From positions 3,916 to 67,915 of the forward strand of contig CAJGDC010000002.1 of the NCBI GenBank assembly GCA_904502005.1: a stretch of DNA of 64,000 nt. The letters are read 5' to 3'. The translations under genes were made by a program, and so were the position numbers. The DNA is from an uncultured Alistipes sp. (GTDB taxonomy: Bacteria > Bacteroidota > Bacteroidia > Bacteroidales > Rikenellaceae). Below are positions 41,829-51,406 of the stretch, one piece after another. Position 1 is the first letter of the stretch. The number at the start of each line of letters is the position of its first letter. A model generated the notes under the pieces. It had not been told where the DNA came from. It ran no database searches and was given only the letters and a program-made list of their open reading frames with translations.

Positions 41829-42467
41829 TTAATCGTTCTCTACCTGCTGGTCGCTGATGTATTTGTCGGCAAAGATTTGTCGGGCAGTTGGGTCGTCAAT
41901 AGTACCTATGTAGCGGATTGTATAGCCGTTGAGTTGTTCGGTAGAGGGCTGAAGACCATCCATAATAAACTCCCCATAGCGGTAGTATTTCAGGCGCAGC
42001 GTAGTCTGAGCGTAGGGGCTACCAAGTGCCTGATAGTCGGTATTTGTTAGTTTAATGGTCAGAGCTTTGCTATCAAAGCTCCAGAGTAGTGTCGTATAGA
42101 GGAAGGGATACGGCATGGTATCATTATACGGTGCTGGAGCGTAGAGGTAGCATTGGCGGCAGGTACCATCGGCATAGAATATAAGGTCAAGGAACTGGCT
42201 CCCCTTACCGAAAGCGGTATTGATAAAGTCATCATAAGATGTATTCCACACATCTCCATTGCGATAGGTAATCCAATTATCCAAATCCCACAGTCCCTGC
42301 TCAATGTCGTCAATAAATTGCAAGAAATCGCGTTCAGTAGCAGGAAACTGGCTTACAAGTCGTTCAACACGACGAATTTGCTGGCTAGGGGTCCAGTCAT
42401 CATTGTCAGAGCAGCCCGAACAGATTATCAGGCCGCATAGTGCTGTAAAAGTAAAAAGTCGTCTCAT
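41829..42467 (-). CDS. Hypothetical lipoprotein
   Basis: 212 aa; lipobox CSGC followed by acidic SDNDD. Confidence 0.6.
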   Translation of the reverse strand: MRRLFTFTALCGLIICSGCSDNDDWTPSQQIRRVERLVSQFPATERDFLQFIDDIEQGLWDLDNWITYRNGDVWNTSYDDFINTAFGKGSQFLDLIFYADGTCRQCYLYAPAPYNDTMPYPFLYTTLLWSFDSKALTIKLTNTDYQALGSPYAQTTLRLKYYRYGEFIMDGLQPSTEQLNGYTIRYIGTIDDPTARQIFADKYISDQQVEND

Positions 42468-42520
42468 AACTATTTGATTTTGTTACGAAACGACTTGTAC
42501 AAATTTGCGACCAAACTGCC

Positions 42521-43273
42521 CTACATATAGAGATTTGTCAGCTTAATGGAGTACGATAGACTCTCGCCTGTATCAAGGTTAAAGGTGATGGTGACTTTGT
42601 GCATAGGCAGGTTCTCTGGAACTGTAGAGGTAAAGAATGCCATATCTGTACCGCCGTAAATATTATAATCGGTCTCCATCATCAGCTTTGTGTGCTCTCT
42701 ATTAAGTTCGCTAACCACCTCACGATAGACCTTGACTGGAGCTGTAGTAAATCCACTTGCCACATAGTCGGCCAAAGATGCATACTCGACAGTAAAGAGT
42801 GGAGCGAGATTTGTACCTGCTGCATATCCATCAGCCCAATACTTGTCGCTAGTAATCTCAATACTCACAATATGCTCGCAGTATGCATAGTACTTACAAT
42901 TGCCACTCTCAAGCATCCATTCACCTCCACCCTTTTTAGTGTAATAACGATAGAGTGATGCATTAGGATTAAAATCACCAAATTTCTCTTGATAACGCTC
43001 GTAGTCCATAGCATCCTGACTATATGGCGCATTGACAAGGTCGTATACAGAGCCAGCATACTCACCCACCAGGCTGAGCATAATTTTCAACTCTTCATCA
43101 CTACAGTCTGCGGCAATAACAGGGTGAGGCAAGAGTTTGCCCTCAACTACTCGAATATACTTAAAGTATGCATTAACACTGCTCTTTGCCTGAAAGGTCC
43201 TATCTGTCTGCTCCAATCCGCCAGAGCAAGCAACGGCCATAGCCGCCAAAATCAAAATCCAAATCTTTCTCAT
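42521..43273 (-). CDS. Hypothetical lipoprotein
   Basis: MRKIWILILAAMAVAC lipoprotein signal; promoter TACCTTTG at 43292-43299 (-). Confidence 0.65.
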   Translation of the reverse strand: MRKIWILILAAMAVACSGGLEQTDRTFQAKSSVNAYFKYIRVVEGKLLPHPVIAADCSDEELKIMLSLVGEYAGSVYDLVNAPYSQDAMDYERYQEKFGDFNPNASLYRYYTKKGGGEWMLESGNCKYYAYCEHIVSIEITSDKYWADGYAAGTNLAPLFTVEYASLADYVASGFTTAPVKVYREVVSELNREHTKLMMETDYNIYGGTDMAFFTSTVPENLPMHKVTITFNLDTGESLSYSIKLTNLYM

Positions 43274-43344
43274 AATAACTCTATTTCGCAACAAAGGTAC
43301 ACTGAATTTGCGACTTTCGCAAATAATCACTACCTTTGTAAGCT

Positions 43345-45363
43345 ATGATTGAAAGAGATGTCATTGATAGAATAATGTCTGCTGCCAACATTGTTGAGGT
43401 GGTAAGCGACTATGTGACACTCAAAAAGAAGGGTGCCAACTACCAGGCGTGTTGTCCATTTCACAATGAGAAGACGCCTTCGTTTGTTGTATCCCCATCT
43501 AAGGGGCTCTTCAAGTGTTTTGGTTGTGGCAAGGCGGGCAATGCAGTAACCTTTGTCATGGAGCACGAGGGCATTAGCTATCCTGAAGCTCTGAAGGCTG
43601 TCGCTAAACGTTACGGCATAGAGGTCAAGGAGCGCGAGATGACCGAGGAGGATATTGCTCGCAACGACAACCGCGAGAGTATGTTTGCCCTTAATAGCTA
43701 CATTGCAGACTACTTTATCTCCTACCTACATCGCGATACAGAGGAGGGCATACCTGTAGGCATGAGCTACTTTAGTTCTGCCCGAGGCTTTAGCGCTAAG
43801 ACTATTGAGAAGTTTGGCCTCGGCATGTGTCCCAGCGGTGGCGACAGAATGACGCGCGATGCCCTTAAGGCGGGCTATAAGGAGGAGTTTCTGCTAGCCA
43901 CAGGTCTGACACTCAAGCGTGAGAGTGATGGCAGGCTTTATGACCGCTTCCGCGAGCGTGTAATGTTTCCTATACACAACATTTCGGGTCGCATTGTGGG
44001 CTTTGGTGGTCGTACGATGCGCACTGATAAAAGTGTAGCCAAATATCAGAACTCTCCTGAGAGCGAGATTTACAACAAGTCGCGTGAATTATACGGACTC
44101 TTCTTTGCTAAGAAGGCTATTCAGCAGTTAGAGTATGCCATTATGGTTGAGGGTTATACCGATGTTATCTCCATGCACCAGTCGGGTGTGGAGAATGTTG
44201 TCGCCTCATCTGGCACCTCGCTTACTGTTGACCAAATACGTCTTATTCGCCGTTTTACCAACAATCTGACCATTATCTACGACTCTGATGCGGCAGGAAT
44301 CAAGGCTTCACTTCGTGGTATTGACCTTGTGCTGCGTGAGGGCATGAATGTGCGCGTTGTACTGCTACCTGAGGGTGATGACCCAGACTCATTTGCCCGT
44401 AGCCACTCTGCCTCTGAAGTGCAGGAGTATATTGCTGCTAATGCAGAAAACTTTATCACCTTCAAGACGAAATTACTCCTCTCTGAGACGGGCAACGACC
44501 CTATTAAGCGTAGCGAGGTTACACGTAACATTATCGTCTCAATAGCGCAGATACCCGACCCTATACAGCGCTCGATGTTCATCAAAGAGTGCTCGCAGAT
44601 TATGGAGGCAGATGAGAATATGCTCATTAGCGAGGTTGCCCGTCACCGTATGCACTCTTTAGGTGATAATGAGGCGGAGGCATTCATTATGCGCCAGCAA
44701 CAGCAACAACGACAGCAATCAGGACATAGCGGATACAGCAATTACGGCAAACGAGACAATAGACCTACCACCAACAGCGAGGAGGAGACACAGCGTTTCG
44801 GTGAGATTCCACTTAGCGCCTCAGCTGCGACACTGGAGCGCGAGATTATATACTATCTGCTCAAATATGGTCAGTGTAACTATGAGGTTCTTGAGAGTGG
44901 AAGCGTTGTCGAGCTAAATACCGCACAAGTGATTATTGAAGAGCTTGATAATGTGGCTATTGACTTCACCAATGACACATACAACAAGATTCTCTCTATT
45001 TTCCGCGAAGCACTTGCGCAGTCGCGCTATCCTAGCCAGACGGAGATTGTAAACCATGCAGACCCTGATGTATGCAGCACAGCGGTAGATATTTTAACAC
45101 TTGATGACAACTATGCCGAGAGCGCAATATGGACACAGAGAGATGTTCGTTCCCTCTCCGAATCAACAATGCTCGCCGATGGCATTCCAAAGTTGCTCTG
45201 GCTCTATAAATCTCGCACTATTCTTGCTCGCATAGCAGAGCTTAATGCTAAGCTAACAAATGACCTAACTGAGGAGCAGATGGAAGAGATTCTTTTGGAA
45301 CTAAGTCATCTAAACAAGCTCAAGGTACAGATAGCCAACCATTTAGGCAGACCTATTATATAA
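43345..45363 (+). CDS. dnaG: DNA primase
   Basis: CPFHNEKTPSF, CFGC, FGGR, KYQNSPES, EGYTD, YDSDAAG. Confidence 0.97.
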   Translation: MIERDVIDRIMSAANIVEVVSDYVTLKKKGANYQACCPFHNEKTPSFVVSPSKGLFKCFGCGKAGNAVTFVMEHEGISYPEALKAVAKRYGIEVKEREMTEEDIARNDNRESMFALNSYIADYFISYLHRDTEEGIPVGMSYFSSARGFSAKTIEKFGLGMCPSGGDRMTRDALKAGYKEEFLLATGLTLKRESDGRLYDRFRERVMFPIHNISGRIVGFGGRTMRTDKSVAKYQNSPESEIYNKSRELYGLFFAKKAIQQLEYAIMVEGYTDVISMHQSGVENVVASSGTSLTVDQIRLIRRFTNNLTIIYDSDAAGIKASLRGIDLVLREGMNVRVVLLPEGDDPDSFARSHSASEVQEYIAANAENFITFKTKLLLSETGNDPIKRSEVTRNIIVSIAQIPDPIQRSMFIKECSQIMEADENMLISEVARHRMHSLGDNEAEAFIMRQQQQQRQQSGHSGYSNYGKRDNRPTTNSEEETQRFGEIPLSASAATLEREIIYYLLKYGQCNYEVLESGSVVELNTAQVIIEELDNVAIDFTNDTYNKILSIFREALAQSRYPSQTEIVNHADPDVCSTAVDILTLDDNYAESAIWTQRDVRSLSESTMLADGIPKLLWLYKSRTILARIAELNAKLTNDLTEEQMEEILLELSHLNKLKVQIANHLGRPII

Positions 45364-45367
45364 GATA

Positions 45368-47350
45368 ATGGAGTTTAAGCTCACCTCGGATTATAGTCCT
45401 ACGGGCGACCAGCCACAGGCAATTTCCCAGATTCTACAGAGTTTTGAGTCTGGGATTGATTGCTGTACGCTGCAAGGTGTCACAGGCTCGGGTAAGACCT
45501 TTACAATGGCAAATGTCATTGCAGGGCTTAACCGCCCCACACTCGTACTGAGCCACAACAAAACCCTGGCGGCACAGCTATATGGTGAGTTTCGTAACTT
45601 CTTTGCCGATAATGCCGTAGAGTATTTTGTCTCCTACTACGACTACTATCAGCCAGAGGCGTATCTCCCCGCTACAGATACTTACATCGAGAAGGACCTA
45701 TCTATTAACGACGAGATTGAGAAGATGCGTCTTTCAACCACTGCCACCCTACTCTCAGGACGTCGCGATGTTATTGTGGTAAGTAGTGTATCGTGCCTTT
45801 ATGGTATCGGAAATCCTGCAGACTTTCATGCCAACACTCTACACCTCAAGGTTGGACAGATTATTAGCCACAAGCAGATTCTCTACCGCCTAGTAGACGC
45901 CCTATATACTCGCACCGAGCTAGAGCTAACGCCTGCCACATTCCGCGTAAAGGGTGAGAATATAGACATCATGTCTGCATTCGGTCAGAAGTGCTACCGT
46001 ATTCTATTCTTTGACGATGAGATTGAGGCAATATATGCCATAGACCCCCTTTCGGGACATCGACTTGAGGCTCTTACAGAGGTGAGCATCTTCCCTGCCA
46101 ACCTCTTTGTAACGACAAAGGAGCGCATTGCTCAAGCGGTAAGTCAGATATACATTGACATGGGCAAGCAGGTCGCCTTTTTTGAGCATGAAGGGCGCCC
46201 GACAGAGGCAAAGCGCATACAGCAACGAGTTGAGTACGACCTTGAGATGATTAAAGAGCTTGGCTATTGCCCTGGCATTGAGAACTACTCTCGCTACTTT
46301 GACGGCAGAAGTGCCGGCACTCGCCCATTCTGTCTACTAGACTACTTTCCAGAGGATTTTCTGCTTATCGTAGATGAGAGCCATGTGACAATACCTCAAG
46401 TGCGAGCTATGTTTGGCGGCGACAAGGCAAGAAAAGAGAATCTTGTTGAGTATGGCTTCCGACTCCCTGCAGCGCGTGACAATCGTCCGCTGCGCTTTGA
46501 GGAGTTTGAGTCGCTGACAGGCACAACGCTCTACGTGAGTGCCACACCTGCCGACTATGAGATTGTACGCTCTGAGGGTGCTATTGTTGAGCAGATAATC
46601 CGTCCAACAGCGCTTATAGATCCACCACTTGAAGTGCGTAGCTCTGAAAATCAAATTGACGACCTTATTGAGCAGATTTCTCTACGCACAGAGCGCGACG
46701 AGAAGGTTATTGTTACAACACTTACAAAGCGTAGTGCCGAAGAGCTTGCTACCTACTTTGAGCGTATGGGTATCCGATGTAGATATATCCACTCGGACGT
46801 TGACACACTTGAGCGCGTACAGATTCTTGAAGATTTGCGAGCTGGAATGTTCGATGTGCTTATTGGCGTAAACCTGCTCCGCGAAGGTCTTGACCTGCCA
46901 GAGGTATCGCTCGTAGCAATTATTGATGCAGATATGGAGGGTATGCTTCGCAATGTTCGTGCTATTACACAGATCGCCGGTCGTGCAGCTCGCCATGAGA
47001 ATGGATTGGTTATTATGTATGCAGGTAAGGTGACAAAGACCATGCGCGAGTCTATTGAGCAGAGTAACCGACGTCGCTACAAGCAGATTCGCTACAACAT
47101 GGAGAACAATCTCATGCCTCGCCAAGCACATAAGAGCGGCAGCGCACAAAACCTTCTTGCACAGCAGGGTCAAATTGACGTAGCAACTATTACCGACACC
47201 CCTAAGCCTCAAACTGCCGAGCAGATACGCGCAGAGATTACTCGTACTCAAGCCGATATGGAGCGAGCAGCCAAGAGTCTTGACTTCCTCGCCGCCGCAC
47301 GATTCCGCGACCGCATTCAAGAGTTGGAGAAGTTGTTGCTAAGAAAGTAA
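45368..47350 (+). CDS. uvrB: Excinuclease ABC subunit B
   Basis: GVTGSGKTFT, YYDYYQPEAY, DESH, NLLREGLDLPEV, UVR tail. Confidence 0.97.
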   Translation: MEFKLTSDYSPTGDQPQAISQILQSFESGIDCCTLQGVTGSGKTFTMANVIAGLNRPTLVLSHNKTLAAQLYGEFRNFFADNAVEYFVSYYDYYQPEAYLPATDTYIEKDLSINDEIEKMRLSTTATLLSGRRDVIVVSSVSCLYGIGNPADFHANTLHLKVGQIISHKQILYRLVDALYTRTELELTPATFRVKGENIDIMSAFGQKCYRILFFDDEIEAIYAIDPLSGHRLEALTEVSIFPANLFVTTKERIAQAVSQIYIDMGKQVAFFEHEGRPTEAKRIQQRVEYDLEMIKELGYCPGIENYSRYFDGRSAGTRPFCLLDYFPEDFLLIVDESHVTIPQVRAMFGGDKARKENLVEYGFRLPAARDNRPLRFEEFESLTGTTLYVSATPADYEIVRSEGAIVEQIIRPTALIDPPLEVRSSENQIDDLIEQISLRTERDEKVIVTTLTKRSAEELATYFERMGIRCRYIHSDVDTLERVQILEDLRAGMFDVLIGVNLLREGLDLPEVSLVAIIDADMEGMLRNVRAITQIAGRAARHENGLVIMYAGKVTKTMRESIEQSNRRRYKQIRYNMENNLMPRQAHKSGSAQNLLAQQGQIDVATITDTPKPQTAEQIRAEITRTQADMERAAKSLDFLAAARFRDRIQELEKLLLRK

Positions 47351-47356
47351 ATATTC

Positions 47357-47833
47357 CTACCCCTTAAAGACTACATACCTACCCATAAGGTAGCTATAGA
47401 CAGTTGTAATGAGCGTTGTGATAACCTTTGAAGGTGTTGCCCAGATATTAAAATGCTCAACAAGCAGTTTCATGGCTATGTAGTTGATAGCCAGTGAACC
47501 GACAACAGATAATAGGTATTTTACGGCTTGACTAACACCTGAAATATGCGTTGTGCGAAATGCCACATGGCGATTGAGCCAAAAGCCATTAAAAAATGTT
47601 ATCGGAAAGACAATAGCCAGCGAGAGTATATGTGGTGAGATAACCACAAAGCCCAAATCAACAAACTGCTTGGCTACGATAAAGTTATAGATTACAAAGT
47701 ACCACACCGCATCAAGGGTTAAATTTAAGACACCACAAGCCCCGTAGCGGAAGATTTGCTTGGAGATAAATCTCTCAACCACGGGGATGTATAGGCAATC
47801 TATCGCCCTTGTTATCAGCGAAGCAATATTCAT
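47357..47833 (-). CDS. GtrA-family membrane protein
   Basis: Four TMs; FRYGACG, FWLNRHVAF. Confidence 0.8.
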   Translation of the reverse strand: MNIASLITRAIDCLYIPVVERFISKQIFRYGACGVLNLTLDAVWYFVIYNFIVAKQFVDLGFVVISPHILSLAIVFPITFFNGFWLNRHVAFRTTHISGVSQAVKYLLSVVGSLAINYIAMKLLVEHFNIWATPSKVITTLITTVYSYLMGRYVVFKG

Positions 47834-48648
47834 TATTTATTGGTAAAAATCCACATATCATCAAACAGACCATCCTTCTCCTGCAGCGACCACATATAGT
47901 GAAGGCACGCAGTACGGGTAGGTTTGTCACACACAGCAAGCAGATACATAGTATCCTCTCTATGGTGATAGATTGTGCAATTAAGCTCCGGATACTTACG
48001 CTCGAGCATCTTCTTATAGCTCATAGCATTCTGCTTCTGAGCGAATACTCCCCAAACGAGGTAGTTTCCACCCTCAACCATACGCTCAACGCCCTCTTCC
48101 TTAACTGGCTGCGGCTCAGGTTCTGGCTCTGGAGCAACCTCCACCACTGGCTCTGGAGCGACAACAACCGGCTCTGGCTTCTCACGACCTATAAAGAGGT
48201 AAAGCACTACAGCTGCCACAGCGATTAAAATAGCAACTAGGGCTATAACAAGACCCTTATTACTCTTTTTAGCCTTAGGTGCTACTGTTGCCGCTACAAG
48301 TGGATTGAGCTGCGAGAGTAGTATATCATCGGCAGTAAACTTGCGATTAGCAATTTTACCGACGCTCTCAATTACAAGCGTCTCTTTGCCACCAACATGC
48401 AGGAGCCACTGATTATAAATCTCCTCCGCACGATTGTTATCAACATTGGCAGTAGATGCAATAAGCTCCACAATATTCACACCACGACTCTCACCGGTAA
48501 AGGTTACAGTGCGCTTTGGCGGCACAAAACCACCCTTATCCTTAGTTGCAGAGCTGCGACGCACAACAAGTGAGCCAACATTTGGAAGAGTAACATCACT
48601 ACCCTTGCAAAGGGTGTTAAAGATTAGTCTATTTACCTGTGTAATCAT
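47833..48648 (-). CDS. Bitopic membrane protein: HU-like N-terminus, Pro/Glu-rich linker, SPOR-like C-terminus
   Basis: VTLPNVGSL; TM; PEPVVVAPEPVVEVAPEPEPEP; YLVWGVFAQKQNA. Confidence 0.6.
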   Translation of the reverse strand: MITQVNRLIFNTLCKGSDVTLPNVGSLVVRRSSATKDKGGFVPPKRTVTFTGESRGVNIVELIASTANVDNNRAEEIYNQWLLHVGGKETLVIESVGKIANRKFTADDILLSQLNPLVAATVAPKAKKSNKGLVIALVAILIAVAAVVLYLFIGREKPEPVVVAPEPVVEVAPEPEPEPQPVKEEGVERMVEGGNYLVWGVFAQKQNAMSYKKMLERKYPELNCTIYHHREDTMYLLAVCDKPTRTACLHYMWSLQEKDGLFDDMWIFTNK

Positions 48649-48651
48649 AAC

Positions 48652-49503
48652 TTATCTCTTTTTAGGATTTGACTTTTTACTATCATCAGCAACAGCCGGA
48701 TGGCTAAGGGCGTACCACACTGATGCAATACCGATCAGGATAAACGGAACGCTGAGCCACTGACCCATATTGAGAGTCATACCCTGCTCAAAAGCCACCT
48801 GGTCCACCTTGACAAATTCGATAATAAATCTGGTAAGGAATATACCTATCAGCGCCACACCAAAGAGTAGTCCACGACGACGTGGAGCCTCGGTCTTATT
48901 GTACATCCACCACAGCAGTGCAAAGGTTGCAATATAGCACAACGCCTCGTAGAGCTGTGTTGGGTGGCAAGCAGGCACCTGCTCAACAGGAATACCTCGG
49001 TGCAGTCGCATAAACTTAAAGCCCCACGGCAAGTCTGTCGGATTGCCAATAATCTCAGAGTTAAAGAGGTTACCAAAGCGAATAAGCGCACCGCTTATCG
49101 GAGCAATAACTCCCAGGCGGTCAGTCATCCACATTGTTGGCACCTTATTCTTTCGAGAGCAGAGCCAGATAGATAGGATAATACCAATAGTTGCGCCATG
49201 GCTGGCAAGTCCTCCGTCACGAATCTCGGTAATAATAGCCCACGGCTTGAGCAGATAATACTCAGGCTCATAGAAGAGGCAGTGACCTACTCGCGCACCA
49301 ATCATTGTACCCAGGGCGATGTAGAGAAATGCAGAATCTGCAAGCTCCTGACTCTTACCCTCTTTTTTACAAAAGTAGCCGAATATCCACGCACCTACAA
49401 GCAGCGCAGCTGCCCACATAAGGCTATAATAACGAATCTCAAAGCCGAAGATATTCACAAGTACGGGATTAAAATCCCACACCACAGCCAATTGTTCTAC
49501 CAT
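48652..49503 (-). CDS. lgt: Prolipoprotein diacylglyceryl transferase
   Basis: GARVGHCLFY, GGLASHG, IRFGNLFNSE, HPTQLYE. Confidence 0.96.
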   Translation of the reverse strand: MVEQLAVVWDFNPVLVNIFGFEIRYYSLMWAAALLVGAWIFGYFCKKEGKSQELADSAFLYIALGTMIGARVGHCLFYEPEYYLLKPWAIITEIRDGGLASHGATIGIILSIWLCSRKNKVPTMWMTDRLGVIAPISGALIRFGNLFNSEIIGNPTDLPWGFKFMRLHRGIPVEQVPACHPTQLYEALCYIATFALLWWMYNKTEAPRRRGLLFGVALIGIFLTRFIIEFVKVDQVAFEQGMTLNMGQWLSVPFILIGIASVWYALSHPAVADDSKKSNPKKR

Positions 49504-49505
49504 AA

Positions 49506-50540
49506 TTATAACTGTACTTTGCTAAGTGTAAATGTAAATGTGCTACCCTTGCCCAGCTCGCTGCGGACTGAGACCTTCTCACCGTGATTCTCGATAATAT
49601 GCTTAACAATCGCAAGGCCGAGTCCAGTTCCGCCCTGCTCGCGACTTCTACCCTTATCAGTTCTGTAGAAACGCTCAAAGACGCGTGGAAGGTCACTCTT
49701 TGCGATACCGATACCATCATCCTCAACCTCTATAAGCACCTTCTCAAGCATATCACGGCAGGTAATCTTTGTAGTTCCACCCTCCTTGCCATAGCGAATA
49801 GAGTTTACAATCAGATTCTCAAGTACTTGACCGATATAGAACTTATCTGCATTAACCCAACAGCGTGAAGGAAGATTATCTGCACCCTTAACAATAAGGT
49901 TTATATTTCGCTTTGAAGCCTCAATCTCCACCTGGTCGGCTATCTCCTTACATAGAGCCACCATATCAAAGCTCTCCGGGCGCATCTGGCTCATATCGCT
50001 ATCAAGACGAGAGATTGTGTCGAGGTCATTTAGAATGTTAATCATTCGCTCAACGCTACGCTCTGCACGTTCAAGATACTTGCGGTTAATAACCTCATCC
50101 TCCAAACCTCCATCAAGCAGAGTGCTGATATAGCCTTGAATGTTGAAAATTGGAGTTTTAAGCTCATGAGCCACATTGCCGAGATATTGCTTGCGGAACT
50201 TCTCTGCCTCCTTAAGGCGTGCAATCTCGCGGTCATTATCCTCAGCCCATGTACTAAGCTCTGTAGAGACATCATCCACCTTTTTATCCTTCAGTTCGGT
50301 CGCAATATCAGCGGTATGAATATCGCGCGACAAAACCATTGAGTATATCGGACGCAGCTTATAAGCCACATACTTTACAATCATCCACAATGCAAACAGC
50401 GACACTCCCACAAATGTCAGCAGCGACGCTATAAGCACAACCCACCATGTAGCCTTAACAACGACCATAGCCACTGCGGTACAGACACCCGCCACTGCGC
50501 CAATCAACCACGACGCACTCTCTTTGGTTTTAATTATCAT
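49506..50540 (-). CDS. PhoR-like sensor histidine kinase
   Basis: HELKTP, NLIVNSIRY, DDGIGI, FERFYR, GTGLGL. Confidence 0.92.
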   Translation of the reverse strand: MIIKTKESASWLIGAVAGVCTAVAMVVVKATWWVVLIASLLTFVGVSLFALWMIVKYVAYKLRPIYSMVLSRDIHTADIATELKDKKVDDVSTELSTWAEDNDREIARLKEAEKFRKQYLGNVAHELKTPIFNIQGYISTLLDGGLEDEVINRKYLERAERSVERMINILNDLDTISRLDSDMSQMRPESFDMVALCKEIADQVEIEASKRNINLIVKGADNLPSRCWVNADKFYIGQVLENLIVNSIRYGKEGGTTKITCRDMLEKVLIEVEDDGIGIAKSDLPRVFERFYRTDKGRSREQGGTGLGLAIVKHIIENHGEKVSVRSELGKGSTFTFTLSKVQL

Positions 50541-50547
50541 AGTATTT

Positions 50548-51183
50548 TTAGTTTTTAAGGTTTATACTCGCTTTAACACTGTATATTTCCAACACATCAC
50601 TGCGCTGAATAATCATATCATCATACTTTTGATTGTTATAGGCAGCCAGCCTTATTTCATCACCCTCGGCGCTACTCCTGACAGTTCTCAAAACTGTAAA
50701 GTCATCTGTCCTCACCACATAGATTTCACCATAGATGACCGACTTAATATCTACCTGCTGCAATATCAGATAGGTGCCATTCATCACATTTGGCAACATG
50801 TCGTCACCAATATATCTGATAGCGAAATCTGCAGGAGCAACCATTGGCAGGTAGAGGTAGCACTCCGCCTCTAAAGTCTCTAAATCTGCAATCTGAGACA
50901 ACTGACAGTTGTAATATGGGATATAACCCCTCTCAATGCTCGGGCAAGCATACATCGTACCCACGCCAGAACGTAACCACATAGCACTATAGTCCGGAAA
51001 GCAATCCACCACTGCCTGAGCCACATTACGAGAGATACCAATCTGCCCACGCTTGATTTGATAGAGAGTCTCGCTACGCTGCAGGCCTATATGGGCAGCA
51101 AAGGCATGAACAGTCATACCCGACTCTTTGATAATCAAGGACAAACGCTCCCAAGCCCTATTTTTCTCTACTCCATTCGCCAT
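50548..51183 (-). CDS. LexA/CI-like repressor (HTH plus degenerate S24 domain)
   Basis: N-terminal HTH ending WLRSGVGTM; IPYY; GDDM in place of GDSM; YGEIYVV. Confidence 0.8.
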   Translation of the reverse strand: MANGVEKNRAWERLSLIIKESGMTVHAFAAHIGLQRSETLYQIKRGQIGISRNVAQAVVDCFPDYSAMWLRSGVGTMYACPSIERGYIPYYNCQLSQIADLETLEAECYLYLPMVAPADFAIRYIGDDMLPNVMNGTYLILQQVDIKSVIYGEIYVVRTDDFTVLRTVRSSAEGDEIRLAAYNNQKYDDMIIQRSDVLEIYSVKASINLKN

Positions 51184-51219
51184 ATAAAACTCTCAATTAA
51201 TAGCACCTTGTCTTGAATG

Positions 51220-51291
51220 TGATTCCGAGCGGATTCGAACCGCTATCGTAAGAACCGGAATCTTATATTCTATCCATTGAACTACGGAACC
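51220..51291 (-). tRNA. tRNA-Arg(CCG)
   Basis: Reverse complement GGTTCCGTAGTTCAATGGATAGAATA-TAAGA-TT-CCG-GT-TCTTA...GGTTCGAATCC...CGGAATCA. Confidence 0.93.
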
Positions 51292-51356
51292 ATACACTTC
51301 AAAAAGCAAATATAGCAAATTTGTTTCAAACTAACAAATTTCCTTACCAAAACCAC

Positions 51357-51387
51357 AAAAAAAGAGCCTGCATCACTGCAAGCTCTC
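51357..51387 (-). terminator. Terminator after the LRR gene
   Basis: agagcctgca/tgcaagctct stem with an upstream A run. Confidence 0.6.
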
Positions 51388-51406
51388 AAACAAAAACTAT
51401 TTACAG

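Noticed and set aside
32678..47320. Long antisense ORFs (for example 32678-33352, 46682-47320)
   Set aside because: Shadows of well-supported genes on the opposite strand, explained by codon bias
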